DNA of 44,227 nt, taken from a virus (taxonomy: Duplodnaviria > Caudoviricetes). The notes below the pieces were generated by a model. It was given only the letters and a program-made list of their open reading frames with translations, was not told the DNA's origin and did not search any database. The stretch is from IMG/VR virus record IMGVR_UViG_3300045131_001670, positions 1 through 44,227 of that record. The stretch is one strand, 5' to 3'. This document shows positions 26,438-36,900 of this stretch, one piece after another. The position numbers were made by a program, and so were the translations under genes. Each line of letters begins with the position of its first letter. Position 1 is the first letter of the stretch.

Positions 26438-26723
26438 TTTTTACCCCTGCAAGAACTTCATACTGATAATCTGTAAGTTCTTTTAATCCTAAAACCACGT
26501 ATCCTTCTTGAAGTCCACCTATTTCCCCATGATAAATATAAGAAATTGATTTAATTATGGAACGTCCGGTTTCATAGCCGTTTTCATCAATGCTTATAAG
26601 TTCAAGAAAATCGTATTGGTGAAAATCGCGGTCGTTTTTTCTAACTTCAAAGTTTTTAATACCAAGAGCAACAGCATCGTAGTATTCTTTTAGCGTTTTT
26701 AGTTTATGTAATCTGTTTTGCAT
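26427..26723 (-). CDS. DUF3850 / ASCH-PUA domain protein
   Basis: HKLKTLKEYYDAVALGIKNFEVRKNDRDF...TGRSI...GLQEGYVVLG. Confidence 0.85.
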   Translation of the reverse strand: MQNRLHKLKTLKEYYDAVALGIKNFEVRKNDRDFHQYDFLELISIDENGYETGRSIIKSISYIYHGEIGGLQEGYVVLGLKELTDYQYEVLAGVKNDK

Positions 26724-26746
26724 ATGTCCCCCTGTTTTGATAACTA

Positions 26747-27097
26747 TTATCGTGGTAATATCCCCTGTTTCTGGAGTTCGTTTCTATCCTTCAATCCCTG
26801 CCGATACTGAGCAACCTGCGCATCAGTCCAGTCAGTGCTGTTAGCGATGCATCCGGAGATGTCGTAAACGATGGATGGGTCTTTAAGGAAATAGAAAGTT
26901 TCTCGGTCGCCCATCATGGCGCAATGCCCACATCGTGTGCGTTTCTTGCCGTCAGGGGAAAAGATGTCCATATTGTAAAATGGACAGTTCTCTAATCCTT
27001 GCACAAACACAGTGTTCCGCTCTACTGTTTCCATCTCCATCGGTGGGAGATCTCTGGTGATGCTGTCTAAAACATCTTGAAATGGGTTATTCGACAT
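26747..27097 (-). CDS. Hypothetical protein downstream of the replication initiator
   Basis: AAGGAG RBS; Cys-containing. Confidence 0.6.
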   Translation of the reverse strand: MSNNPFQDVLDSITRDLPPMEMETVERNTVFVQGLENCPFYNMDIFSPDGKKRTRCGHCAMMGDRETFYFLKDPSIVYDISGCIANSTDWTDAQVAQYRQGLKDRNELQKQGILPR

Positions 27098-27108
27098 CGT
27101 TTTCTCCT

Positions 27109-28077
27109 TTATCTTTTCGCACGAACTTTCCCTCCGGTATTTTGTTCTATCAACTGAGCGATTAACGCCCTATCTTCCGCAGATGCAAGCTTTGCTGGCT
27201 CTTCTGGTTTGAATAAAGGAACGACATCTGGCTCTGCCTGTTTTTTATTGTCCAGTGTTGTCAGATAGCGAATTGACGCTGATGCGATGTCGGACAACGC
27301 CCGGACAACTACTGTGGCTTGCTGCAGCTTAAGACTGTTGGATGAGTAGTTAAGTTGTCCAATCATGTAAGTGCCGTAGTCGTTACCAGTTTTCTTGCAC
27401 AGATCGTAAACCTGTCGAAGGTTCTCTTCGCATGATGTTATCAGTGCAGGGGTTACTGCGTCAACTATGGGACGCTTGCTGTATTTGCGGATCGTAGCTA
27501 CCAGTGGCTGTAACAGCAAGCTGTGTTGGGTGTTGATGGTAAAATCGTCATGGACGTGCATTGGTGCAGGGTTATCAACATCTACTGTCCAGATTTCGTC
27601 AGCGTTAGCGTTATTTTCGTTGTTGTCGTTGGGTGCGGATGCACTACAACTATCTTCTCTTATCTTATCTTCTCTTATCTTATCTATATTACGCTCGGCG
27701 TTATGTTTTTCTGTAACACTTGTTACGCTATTGTTACGTTGAAAGTTACGCATTTTACTCATTCTCTTCGCTGATAATCCTCTTTGCTTTGCTGTTTCTG
27801 AATTGTGGCGGTCATAATTAGGTAAACATAATTTATCACCATCTTCTATTATCCACCCTACCTGTAACATTGCATCACAAAATCCGCTACAAGTGATACG
27901 GTCTAAAAGTAACTTCACCGTAACATCTGTTACGCCATCTGTAGTATTTAAATCAAACCATGCCCAGATACGACAGCATTTACCAGTGACAGAATCAATA
28001 TCAATATTAAGTATTTTTGCCATCTGAAAAATTTCTATCTTATCAGGAGTATGTGATTCTAATTTTATCCACGCCAT
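27109..28077 (-). CDS. Phage replication initiation protein
   Basis: MAWIKLESHTPDKIEI...RIWAWFD...GFCDAMLQVGW...LPNYDRHN N-domain, DKIREDKIRED linker and internal GTTACG repeats. Confidence 0.85.
   Translation of the reverse strand: MAWIKLESHTPDKIEIFQMAKILNIDIDSVTGKCCRIWAWFDLNTTDGVTDVTVKLLLDRITCSGFCDAMLQVGWIIEDGDKLCLPNYDRHNSETAKQRGLSAKRMSKMRNFQRNNSVTSVTEKHNAERNIDKIREDKIREDSCSASAPNDNNENNANADEIWTVDVDNPAPMHVHDDFTINTQHSLLLQPLVATIRKYSKRPIVDAVTPALITSCEENLRQVYDLCKKTGNDYGTYMIGQLNYSSNSLKLQQATVVVRALSDIASASIRYLTTLDNKKQAEPDVVPLFKPEEPAKLASAEDRALIAQLIEQNTGGKVRAKR
27711..27752. repeat. Iteron-like repeats within the initiator gene (probable origin)
   Basis: CTGTAACACT-TGTTACG-CTAT-TGTTACG-TTGAAA-GTTACG; a related GTAACATCTGTTAC lies near 27920. 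Confidence 0.55.
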
Positions 28078-28098
28078 AATTAACCGCCTTTATATTAG

Positions 28099-28440
28099 TC
28101 AATAATCTACCTTTAGATTATTGACTAAAGATTGACAATGAAGTCTACACTCTTGTTCTGTAAAAAAAATAGAAGAAATATAATATGTAATTTCATCTTC
28201 TGGTGTAATCCCATTTTTTATTATAACTATATCACCTATTGACTTAATTTTTTCTGATTCAAAAATATCAATAATTATAATATCAGGTGTTATAGTCAAA
28301 CAATATATTTTATCTTCATTTTCTATTGCATCTAAAATTTTTCTCATTTTAGCAACTGAATATTTTAATATTGGCATTTGGTTTTCTCCTATCGTTTTCT
28401 TCTTCGCTGTATAATTGAATGATGATATATTTTTTCGCAA
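28099..28440 (-). CDS. Hypothetical protein (very AT-rich; start probably MPILKY at 28377)
   Basis: AGGAG RBS before MPILK. Confidence 0.55.
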   Translation of the reverse strand: MRKNISSFNYTAKKKTIGENQMPILKYSVAKMRKILDAIENEDKIYCLTITPDIIIIDIFESEKIKSIGDIVIIKNGITPEDEITYYISSIFFTEQECRLHCQSLVNNLKVDY

Positions 28441-28619
28441 TTAATACAACGAACTGATCCTGTCGGGCTGGTTACTCTAAGATTTTCACCCCAGATTAAC
28501 AAACCACAATTATAGCAAGTACGATATACAATCGTTCTCACATTACACACCGGGCAAACCATGTGTTTCATAATTTTCTGACAGTTATTGCATTTTCTGT
28601 CTGTAATTTTATTCGCCAT
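28389..28619 (-). CDS. Zinc-finger hypothetical protein
   Basis: Four CxxC pairs; AAGGAG RBS. Confidence 0.65.
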   Translation of the reverse strand: MANKITDRKCNNCQKIMKHMVCPVCNVRTIVYRTCYNCGLLIWGENLRVTSPTGSVRCINCEKIYHHSIIQRRRKR

Positions 28620-28636
28620 GATATCTCCTTGCTAAG

Positions 28637-28665
28637 AGGTTAACAAATATAGTTAACAATGTCAA
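28637..28665 (-). promoter_or_regulatory. Promoter of the replication gene block with repeated GTTAAC sites
   Basis: TTGACA-17 nt-TAACCT on the minus strand; two TTGTTAAC copies overlap the spacer and -10. Confidence 0.6.
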
Positions 28666-28683
28666 TAGATTTCAAAAATATTT

Positions 28684-28857
28684 TTATGGATTGTTTTGTT
28701 TAACACTGTACGGCTGTAAACCAGTGTTGATGTTCCGCCAGCATTTTTGACAATAGCTGTGATTATTATGCCTGACGTATACCGTGGATTTCGGAATTAC
28801 TTTACCGCACGTATCGCAGGTAATGGCGGTTTTGCTATAGTCGGATTGTGCTGTCAT
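28684..28857 (-). CDS. Small zinc-finger protein (57 aa, not in the ORF track)
   Basis: MTAQSDYSKTAITCDTCGKVIP...YCQKCW. Confidence 0.6.
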   Translation of the reverse strand: MTAQSDYSKTAITCDTCGKVIPKSTVYVRHNNHSYCQKCWRNINTGLQPYSVKQNNP

Positions 28858-29057
28858 GGTTTTACCTCATTTTTGATACAATCATCACATCGTTTAAAAT
28901 TAGAAGTAAAACCGCTAATATAATATAACGGCTCTAAAAATACTAAACAGATAAAATTAATACCTCCTAATTCAGCCTTAATTTTAAATCTGCAATTATC
29001 GCAATACTGATTTTTGTCACCAGTTGTAGTAGGCAACTGAACCTTAATAGTTGTCAT
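28854..29057 (-). CDS. Small Cys-rich protein
   Basis: CDNC...C...RCDDC; ATGA-coupled. Confidence 0.6.
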   Translation of the reverse strand: MTTIKVQLPTTTGDKNQYCDNCRFKIKAELGGINFICLVFLEPLYYISGFTSNFKRCDDCIKNEVKP

Positions 29058-29239
29058 GGTTTTTCTCCTTTAATTTCTAAAACAATATTAAAAATTAACC
29101 ATGCAAAAACTAATACTATACATACTGTATTCCATGTCATTTGCATATCATTTTGTATATCATTTTGTATTAAATAAAATCTTTTACAAAACATACTTGC
29201 AAATACTAACCCTATCAAAAAGCCATTTAATATATTCAT
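29054..29239 (-). CDS. Small two-TM membrane protein
   Basis: Two hydrophobic segments; AAGGGGG RBS. Confidence 0.6.
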   Translation of the reverse strand: MNILNGFLIGLVFASMFCKRFYLIQNDIQNDMQMTWNTVCIVLVFAWLIFNIVLEIKGEKP

Positions 29240-29325
29240 ACTAAATCCCCCTTCTTTACTTCTTTAATTCCGTTTCGTTCACGGTCTGCAATTTCCGGCG
29301 GCAGTCTATTACCGCCGGAGATTAG

Positions 29326-29730
29326 TTAGCGAATAAGCTTTTCGATGATCCGGCGGAGGAAGCTTATGTCCTGTTCGTATTTTTTTAATTCCATGTCAGA
29401 TTTTGACACTTCACGAACTAAGGATTCATTAGCTTTTCCTAACTCTGCAATACGCTGTTGAAAATTTTGTTCTCTTTCCATCAGTCTTCGGTTGCTTTCG
29501 TTGACTTCCGAAAGTTGTTTTTCGAGAGTTGCTATGCGTTCGTTTTTCATAATCAACTCTGCAAATGTTACTTTCTTTTTACTCAGAAAAGCTTTCATGT
29601 AGTCAGCCAGTTTATAAACTGATATCTTGTGGTATTTGCAGAATAACTCTGCTGAGCGTGACGATATAACGAATGCATCCGCCAGTTGGTCGCTGTTATC
29701 GTAATCGATTTCTCTATCTTTCGGTGGCAT
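29326..29730 (-). CDS. Coiled-coil hypothetical protein
   Basis: GGGGAGG RBS; heptad repeats. Confidence 0.65.
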   Translation of the reverse strand: MPPKDREIDYDNSDQLADAFVISSRSAELFCKYHKISVYKLADYMKAFLSKKKVTFAELIMKNERIATLEKQLSEVNESNRRLMEREQNFQQRIAELGKANESLVREVSKSDMELKKYEQDISFLRRIIEKLIR

Positions 29731-29903
29731 TATACGTCCTCCCCTTTAGTTACCTTACCACGGCGGTGGTACTGGCATTTAACGCAAAACCATTGATGGG
29801 CGGTATGGTCGTATTTCCATCCCTTCCCACGCTTTGCCATTGTCGGCATAAGCTTTCCGCATTTTCCACATGAACTGATACTGGTGAATGGTTTGATTGG
29901 CAT
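29730..29903 (-). CDS. Small zinc-finger protein (57 aa, not in the ORF track)
   Basis: MPIKPFTSISSCGKCGKLMP...WFCVKCQY; AAGGGGG RBS. Confidence 0.6.
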   Translation of the reverse strand: MPIKPFTSISSCGKCGKLMPTMAKRGKGWKYDHTAHQWFCVKCQYHRRGKVTKGEDV

Positions 29904-29967
29904 TTTATTTATTCCCCCTTTAGTAAAATATTCTCCCGGCTTTCACACCGGGAGAAACGCAATATGA

Positions 29968-31164
29968 TTATTCTTCTTCCTGGAACGGATCATCTACGTC
30001 TGTCGGCAGTTCCGGCGCATTGGCAATCTGTTCACGCTCAGTTTTTAGTTCTAAGAAGTACTGGCGTATCGCAGGATATTTGTAAATGCTTACCGCTTTT
30101 TCATACGGCATTCCAAAACGCTCCTGACATGATGCGTCTAACTCCACAGGACCGGTGAAAAGGAAACGTGCTAACGCTGTAACCTGTTTCATCAGTTCGT
30201 CCTGACTTGACATATCACTATCCGTTACAGTATTCCTTGCAGGTGCTTGTGGCGGTGCAGGAGCGGTAACTGGTGCTTTGGGTGCTTTAACCGCTTTTGA
30301 CTTAACCACAGGCTCTACAGTGGGTTCTGGTGCAGATTCTGGAACGTCAGCCACGACTGGTGTGGCTGGTGCTGTCGCAACAGGTTTAGTTGCCACTGGT
30401 TGAATGTTGTCTTCCATGTCGGGACGAAACTCAGGCTCTGGATTAATCTGCTCCGGCTCAATGCTGTATTCGCCATCAAAAACTTCACCTGTAGCAGGGT
30501 CGGTAGTAATCTGCTGCGGTACGGATTGCTGTCCCATTGCAGATTCTTTTAACTTCTCTGCAAAGCCGGAAGCACTTGCCCGATTCTGGCGTTTAATCTC
30601 TTCAATTTCGTCTGGATCATATGCGGTGATGCCATCGCCAATAACATCCGGACAGTAGAATCTCTGTCCATTGCTGATGGCACGAGCGAATAACATATTC
30701 TTCGGACTATTACGCCAATTAATCTTTCCGGTCAGTCCGGCTTTCTGTGCTTCCTCGATGGTATAAGACGACTCGCCAATTTCATCGCCGTTTTCATAGA
30801 ACTTAATTACGCATTTCTGCGGAGTGTGTTCTACTACACGATAGTCATACAGTTTAGACTTCTTAATGGCGGTCGCTCTCCAGTTTGCCCTAATGGAAAT
30901 GTTACCATCAAAGCAGTCTAAGTTCATTATGCTTTGCATGGTATTCATACCCAATTCCTGACCAATCATAATCTTAGTTATGGCTTGGTTAGGCGTTAGA
31001 GCCTTTCCAAAAAAACCACTGTCGGTCAAAATCGTTGCTACCTGCCCGACAGTAAATCCCAACTCGTTGATGACTGGGAGTTGTTTCTTTTCAGATGCTT
31101 TTTCAATCTGATTTTCTGGCACTTGTGTCATATGACACCCCCTTTTTATAATCTCCTCGACCAC
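29968..31164 (-). CDS. Single-strand annealing recombinase (RecT/Redbeta-like) with long Pro/Ala-rich linker
   Basis: KIMIGQELGMNTMQS...YTIEEAQKAGL...NWRNSPKNMLFARAIS...CPDV; directly downstream of the exonuclease. Confidence 0.8.
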   Translation of the reverse strand: MVEEIIKRGCHMTQVPENQIEKASEKKQLPVINELGFTVGQVATILTDSGFFGKALTPNQAITKIMIGQELGMNTMQSIMNLDCFDGNISIRANWRATAIKKSKLYDYRVVEHTPQKCVIKFYENGDEIGESSYTIEEAQKAGLTGKINWRNSPKNMLFARAISNGQRFYCPDVIGDGITAYDPDEIEEIKRQNRASASGFAEKLKESAMGQQSVPQQITTDPATGEVFDGEYSIEPEQINPEPEFRPDMEDNIQPVATKPVATAPATPVVADVPESAPEPTVEPVVKSKAVKAPKAPVTAPAPPQAPARNTVTDSDMSSQDELMKQVTALARFLFTGPVELDASCQERFGMPYEKAVSIYKYPAIRQYFLELKTEREQIANAPELPTDVDDPFQEEE

Positions 31165-32042
31165 GTAGGTTGAGTTAATGAGCGGATATTGCTGTCGCCG
31201 TATCCGAGATATTTTAATTCACCGCTAATAAAATCACGCAATCGCTTAAGGTTATGATTAATTAGCAAGTCAGCGGTTTCCAGATATGCGCCATCCATTA
31301 TATAAATCATAGGTGGCATAAATGGATTTTTCTTTTCACAGGCAACAAATGAGAAATTATTTACCCATGTTCCTGTTACTTCGACAACACCACGTAAGTA
31401 CCATGCGCTTTGGACATCGTACCAGTACTTTTCAACGTCACGAGCGAACGATCCCTCAGAGCAATCATCTGTTGATTTTATATCAACCATTGCTGGTAGA
31501 TCAAAATTAATCCAGTCAGGTCGGCACTTACACAAAAGTCCAGTACAATCGTCTATCCAGAAATAAGAACGTTCTGCTACACCAGATGCAAATAACGCCT
31601 GACAGGTCGGGTCGGCTTTAACACGCCGGGCGACATCTTCAGCTATGAGCATTTGCTCTGGGGTCACAACTTGTTTCCCTGTGTGTTCAAGAAACAAAGC
31701 TTCTTTCTCTGCCTTACCAGCATTGGTGCGGAGGTTTAACTCCGGAAGAACAAACACATCGGTTTCTTTTTTGTGTGGCTCCAGGACCATCGTATGAATC
31801 AAAGTACCGAGAATCAGTGCAGGTTTATCTTCTTCTTCATCATTCTTCTTTGCCAGATATTCCTTGTATTTTGCAGGTGATTGGCAGAATGCTTTAAAAG
31901 CTGACGATGATAACCCCGGCATAGCGTGGTATTCTTCGTTCGATAACAGGTCAGTAAAGAATGGACATAGTGATTGTAGGTCATCAATGTTGCAATTGAC
32001 AATATTTATAACATCTGTCATTACTCTGCCTCTTGAAGCCAT
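31146..32042 (-). CDS. RecE/exonuclease VIII-like PD-(D/E)XK nuclease (DUF3799)
   Basis: LSNEEYHA..GLSSS, GTLIHTMVLEP, CKCRPDW...DIKST, YDVQSAWY. Confidence 0.9.
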   Translation of the reverse strand: MASRGRVMTDVINIVNCNIDDLQSLCPFFTDLLSNEEYHAMPGLSSSAFKAFCQSPAKYKEYLAKKNDEEEDKPALILGTLIHTMVLEPHKKETDVFVLPELNLRTNAGKAEKEALFLEHTGKQVVTPEQMLIAEDVARRVKADPTCQALFASGVAERSYFWIDDCTGLLCKCRPDWINFDLPAMVDIKSTDDCSEGSFARDVEKYWYDVQSAWYLRGVVEVTGTWVNNFSFVACEKKNPFMPPMIYIMDGAYLETADLLINHNLKRLRDFISGELKYLGYGDSNIRSLTQPTWSRRL

Positions 32043-32257
32043 GCTACATAAGCATCATAAAATAATTCGCACTCATTATAGTACTTTGCACAATCTCTTG
32101 TGATGCGAAATTGTCTGCCAGAAGAAAAAGTTATATCTACACACGCCATGTCTTCTATATTATGTACTGTATCACATTTTACCAATGCAATATCAATACA
32201 TTTAAACTGTATGATAGTACTCTTATCTTGGCTAATATAATAAGATTTAGCTTTCAT
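32021..32257 (-). CDS. Hypothetical protein
   Basis: AAGGGGG RBS; between the HTH and exonuclease genes. Confidence 0.6.
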   Translation of the reverse strand: MKAKSYYISQDKSTIIQFKCIDIALVKCDTVHNIEDMACVDITFSSGRQFRITRDCAKYYNECELFYDAYVAWLQEAE

Positions 32258-32266
32258 TTTTCCCCC

Positions 32267-32467
32267 TTATTCATCTATAAAGCTTTTCTTAAACTTGCGA
32301 TATCCAATACCGAAGGCTTCGGCAAGCTTGATAATGGTTTGTTTGGATAATCGCTTTCGTTCGCCACGCCTGATTTTATTAACGTGGCTTTCGCCCAAAC
32401 CTGTGTATCGGGCAATTACCTGGTCGCTAAGACCTGACTCATTAATCAAGTCTTGTAATTTTGACAT
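32267..32467 (-). CDS. Cro/XRE-type HTH regulator
   Basis: GLSDQVIARYTGLGESHVNKIRRGE...TIIKLAEAFG; AGGAGG RBS; first gene of the middle operon. Confidence 0.9.
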   Translation of the reverse strand: MSKLQDLINESGLSDQVIARYTGLGESHVNKIRRGERKRLSKQTIIKLAEAFGIGYRKFKKSFIDE

Positions 32468-32585
32468 CTACACCTCCTAATCTGTGGAGTCCGTGATGCG
32501 CCGGACTCCGGGGGGTTACCACGCGTATCTATGCTGATTTGGTAATAGTAAGCAGTTGTCGCATCCTTCCCTGCTCCTGACTTTA

Positions 32586-32614
32586 ATTATAAGCAATCGT
32601 ACCGTACAAGTCAA
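32586..32614 (-). promoter_or_regulatory. Near-consensus sigma70 promoter of the HTH/recombination operon
   Basis: TTGACT-17 nt-TATAAT on the minus strand. Confidence 0.85.
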
Positions 32615-32649
32615 TACGAATTTAGGCTTTTTTTAAACTTTTTTTAAAA

Positions 32650-32683
32650 TAAAAAACCCCCACAGAACTCTACCTGTAGGGGT
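32650..32683 (-). terminator. Intrinsic terminator after the lysis cassette
   Basis: Minus strand CCCCTACAG-GTAGAGTT-CTGTGGGGG followed by a T6 tract. Confidence 0.7.
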
Positions 32684-32709
32684 CGTTATTGACGCAAGAG
32701 GGATTAACG

Positions 32710-32877
32710 TCAATTCTTTATTTCGACTATATCTTTTTCGGCGATAGTAATAACGTGTTTACCTTGCACTTCGATTGTCAGTCCCTTATAACTGGTATAG
32801 ATACGCAGTTTCAAACGAATGAACGATAAAATGCCCGGCAACTTAAAGTCGCATGAGATGTCAATCACTTTAATCAT
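32710..32877 (-). CDS. Small hypothetical protein after the holin (55 aa, not in the ORF track)
   Basis: ATGA-coupled to the holin; MIKVIDISCDFKLPGILSFIRLKLRIY... Confidence 0.5.
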   Translation of the reverse strand: MIKVIDISCDFKLPGILSFIRLKLRIYTSYKGLTIEVQGKHVITIAEKDIVEIKN

Positions 32878-33056
32878 TTCTTCACCTGTGCCTCAACAAC
32901 ACGAATGCCGAAATAACCGAGTATTAATGCAATTGCCGGTCCAGTGATTTGTGTTACTGTCGCCTCACCAGTTATCACAGATACCACTAATGCCAACAGT
33001 GCTGATACAACAGTCCAGAACTTGTGCGATTTGTAAAAGGGATGCATTGGGATCAT
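32874..33056 (-). CDS. Holin
   Basis: YKSHKFWTVVSALLALV start, two TM segments, basic tail; coupled to the amidase. Confidence 0.8.
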   Translation of the reverse strand: MIPMHPFYKSHKFWTVVSALLALVVSVITGEATVTQITGPAIALILGYFGIRVVEAQVKK

Positions 33057-33571
33057 TTGGTTAACCTCCTTCTAAATTCTTCCCACGGGAAGTTTTGTGG
33101 GTCTATTTTTCTACCTTTAGGAATGCAGATATCTTTATGTCCAACGATGTGGCTTATCGGTATCTGCCATTTATTCATCAGTAGTTCGCAGATGTCCACC
33201 ACTGCTGTTAATTGCTCGTCAGTCCAGTCCTGATGCCCATCCACGTGTTCCATCTCGATGCCGATGGATATCCGGTTAATGGACTCTTTAGGTGCAGTCT
33301 TGCGTGGTAGCATTACGCCGTCATTAGGAAAACGGCTTACTCCGGCGTGGAACGCTGTATCCGATGTATCGCACAACTGAGTGATATCGCCGTTCCTGCT
33401 GACCACATAATGTGCTGACACATCGCTATCTTTATTCATCAACCACGATACTGCACTCTCGTACGATCCACCTGTGGAATGCAGGACGATTACCGAGGGA
33501 GATTTCCCTTTACGTCCAACTAAGAAATTCGGTGTCTGTTTTGACTTCACCTGACGGCTGCCAATTCGCAT
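33053..33571 (-). CDS. Endolysin, N-acetylmuramoyl-L-alanine amidase (Amidase_2)
   Basis: IVLHST, VSAHYVV, AFHAG, SIGIE, IVGHKDI...KIDP. Confidence 0.95.
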   Translation of the reverse strand: MRIGSRQVKSKQTPNFLVGRKGKSPSVIVLHSTGGSYESAVSWLMNKDSDVSAHYVVSRNGDITQLCDTSDTAFHAGVSRFPNDGVMLPRKTAPKESINRISIGIEMEHVDGHQDWTDEQLTAVVDICELLMNKWQIPISHIVGHKDICIPKGRKIDPQNFPWEEFRRRLTK

Positions 33572-33595
33572 TTGTTCCCCCTTTGATAGATAAGA

Positions 33596-33886
33596 TTATT
33601 TCATAAACTTTAAGACAACCTGTATAACCGCTGTAACCATAAATCCAATAATAATCCAGAATCCATCTATCTTGCTTTTTGTGATTTCATCCAGTTTTGC
33701 AAAAATGAGTTTGTTAGTTTCCTTTATGTCATGAACTTCGTTCTGGATATTCGCCACGTTAGTTAACGCCTTATTGACGGCAACGCATTGAGATTCACAA
33801 TCTCTGCGGTCTGGTGGTGCAGGAACAGCCTTAGCCTTATTGCTTAGGTACTCTTCCCATTCATTATTCGTTAACTGACGTGTCAT
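33596..33886 (-). CDS. Coiled-coil protein with C-terminal TM (lysis-associated)
   Basis: Coiled coil plus C-terminal hydrophobic helix, upstream of the endolysin. Confidence 0.6.
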   Translation of the reverse strand: MTRQLTNNEWEEYLSNKAKAVPAPPDRRDCESQCVAVNKALTNVANIQNEVHDIKETNKLIFAKLDEITKSKIDGFWIIIGFMVTAVIQVVLKFMK

Positions 33887-33931
33887 TGGTAATCTCCACT
33901 TCTTTTTTTGACATTATAGTGAAAAATGGTG

Positions 33932-36900
33932 TTACTTGTACACCCCTTTTTTATATTTTTTCACAATTGTGTTGTATTCTTCTGGTGTTAATTTAACCTT
34001 GTTCTCTTTTTCGTAATTTTCCAAAGTTAATTTAATCAGCGAATCATTTAACACACGCTCGTCCAGAATCTTGTTCTTGTCATTATTCAAGAACAGCAAC
34101 AGTTTCCGTTTTGCATCATGTATGTTGGTATTCGGGTCATCTAATTCAAACCCGATCGGTTTATTCCGCAACAACTCTTGAACATCTTCAGAATCAAATT
34201 GCCGCACAATCTTTTCGGCTTTAGTTGTCGCCGATATCATATTAAGCTTGCCTGATAATTCAGCGTAATGCAGATACTCCATCGGGTTTAGTTCTTTATA
34301 TAATGGAGAACCTTTTTTACCTTCTGTCAGTCGGCGTTCGTACTTTTTAATATCTTCATAAACATCGTTCTGCTGCTGGGATATCATGCCTTCCTTTGGA
34401 ACCCAACTGGAGATACCGGGCATTTTCTCTTGCAGGTCAATGCTCGGCTGTGGCGGCAGTAACTTACCTTTACCCACAAGACCTATAATATCTAAAACAT
34501 AACCGCCTAATCGCCCTGCATGACCTGTAAACAGCGTCTGGATAACTCGTGGTGATTGCATTAACTGGGTCACGGAATTGCTGACACCTGTTTGTTTTTC
34601 AGCCATTGCAATCATCTTACCGATTACCATCGCACCCTTGCTTGTATTAGCACCTGCTTGCATATAACCCGGCAATCTCTTTTCGGATTCCGGAATTAAC
34701 GGAGTACCTGCAAATGTCCTGTTCCAATATATTTGCATTTCTGGAGATATGGCAGTAATTGGGAATGGTGTTGCAGGTGACTGAGCAAGTATGCTTTGCT
34801 CAATATGCCGCCAAGCTTTCGGGTCCTTTTCAACTGCTGTTCTCAGTATACGCTCAGGAATAGCCTTAAACAGCAACCCATACATATACGGCAACGGAAC
34901 CATCACAACGCCTTTCGGTGTGCGTACCCAGAATATTTTATCACGGATATAATCTGGTAATCTGTTATAATCCTCATCGTCTTTATTGCGGAAATATAAA
35001 ATTGTTGCCGGTAAAGTTAATCCCAGTACACCACGCATAATTGCCATTCCACGTGTTTCCGGATTGCGTAGTGTGCGGTAGTCACGATAGTTACCTTGCA
35101 GGTTACTATTCAAAAACGCCCATACCTTGTTGGCTCCGGTTTTCTTTACCCATTCACCTTTCTGTTGGAATGGCATCTGGTCGATAGCGTCATATACTGC
35201 CTGTACCAACTCATCACGAGTTTTGGCATCTGCCCATTTTACCTGTGACCCATAGTGCGTAAATTTGGCGTACAGGTCAGTCATGGAAATGAAATCTTTA
35301 TAACTGTTATAGCCATTGGAAAACACCTGTATAAACCGCTCTCTCATGTTCTGAGGAGGACGCATCTTATCGAGTGCTTCCTTAACTCTCACACGATCCG
35401 CTCCAACAAGTGATGCTCCATAACCCACAGATATATTAAACTGTTGCCATACTGAGTCAGGTGCTTTACCTGTAGCAATATATTTCCATGCGTTAATCAT
35501 GTCTTTGGGAGTAATCTTAACTGTCCGGTTAATCATGATGGCTTGCATATCACGCACAAGGTTAGCTGACATAAAGTCAGGGTTATCGATTGCGCCGATG
35601 CGCAGGAACTCGGTCATTTGTTTTAACGCTTTCCATGTGTTTGGTTCAGTGACAGTTAACATTCGGAAAATGTCGGGAGCAACTTCATAGAATTCCGCTT
35701 TGCCGTTTCTGTATATTCTGACGACATTGCTCTTGCCGTTATATGACCCACCGGGAATAAACAAGGTCCTATCTTTCTGGATGTCTACCAATGACCCAAT
35801 GCTTTGTCCTTCCGCAGCAGATACAATATCCTCAATGGTTAACGTTTGCATCTTCATTGGTGCAGGAATTGGGTCGGCGAATACGCCACCACCACGAATG
35901 CGTCTGGCTAAATCGACAGTAGTGGTAATCATTTCGTTTCTTGCAGCGATGGAATGATAAAGATATGTATCACGAATGATAGACATTATCGGGTCATGCA
36001 TTGGCAATAATGAACCTTTGCGTTCATAGGACTTTTTAGATATTTCTCCGCCCTTCTGTTTGCCACCAGTTTCCATTTCGACATCACGATACAACGGCAC
36101 ATAGTGCGGTCGTTTCTGTCGCCATGCCTTCGCATCTTCTGCTGATATTAATCCTTGCTCAACACGGAAGTTAAGCAAGTGTTCCTGATATCTATATATG
36201 CGGTCAGCCAACGCTTTATATTTGGCTTCCGTCTGTTTCACCACGGCTTCATACGTTTCTTTCGGCAACGGAACAACTTCGTCATTACCTTTCTCGTTGA
36301 TGTAGTCAATGGATTCTTTCGCAATCAGGTAACTGCTGAATTCTTTCATCTCTTCCGGCGACAATCCCTTCACGATGTCCTGTAACGGCTCGGAAATGAT
36401 TTTATTCATATTATCCGTAACACCTTTACTAATCCACGCAGAGGGAACGCCAGACACCTTAGCAAGTGCGGATAAAACCTTCGGGTTGCTGGTTGCCGGA
36501 AGTTTTGTGCCAGTCTGGTTTTCGTACATCTGCACCATCTGTTGCAGTACAATCTCGTCATCAAACAATGCCCGAATAACTTTATTTTCCCCGGTCAGGA
36601 CGCTATCAGATTTTGGTTTCTGTGGGTCAGTAACGATTGTCGACATCACCTGTTGCAATGCTGACTGGTTCTTAAACGACAGCACCTGCTTTCGCAACAA
36701 CTGGATGCCTTTGGACAACTCGGCGTTCTTACCGAGCTGGGATTCAAAGTATTTATAGAATGTCGGAGCGTCAGCCAACGCCTTCGCCGGATCGTAAATA
36801 TAATCTACCATCCATTCGGCAAATCCTTCAGTCATTTTATCTTTAGCACCAGCATACGCTAATGGTTCGAGTTCCGGAGCGAACGCTGGCGGTATCGGCT

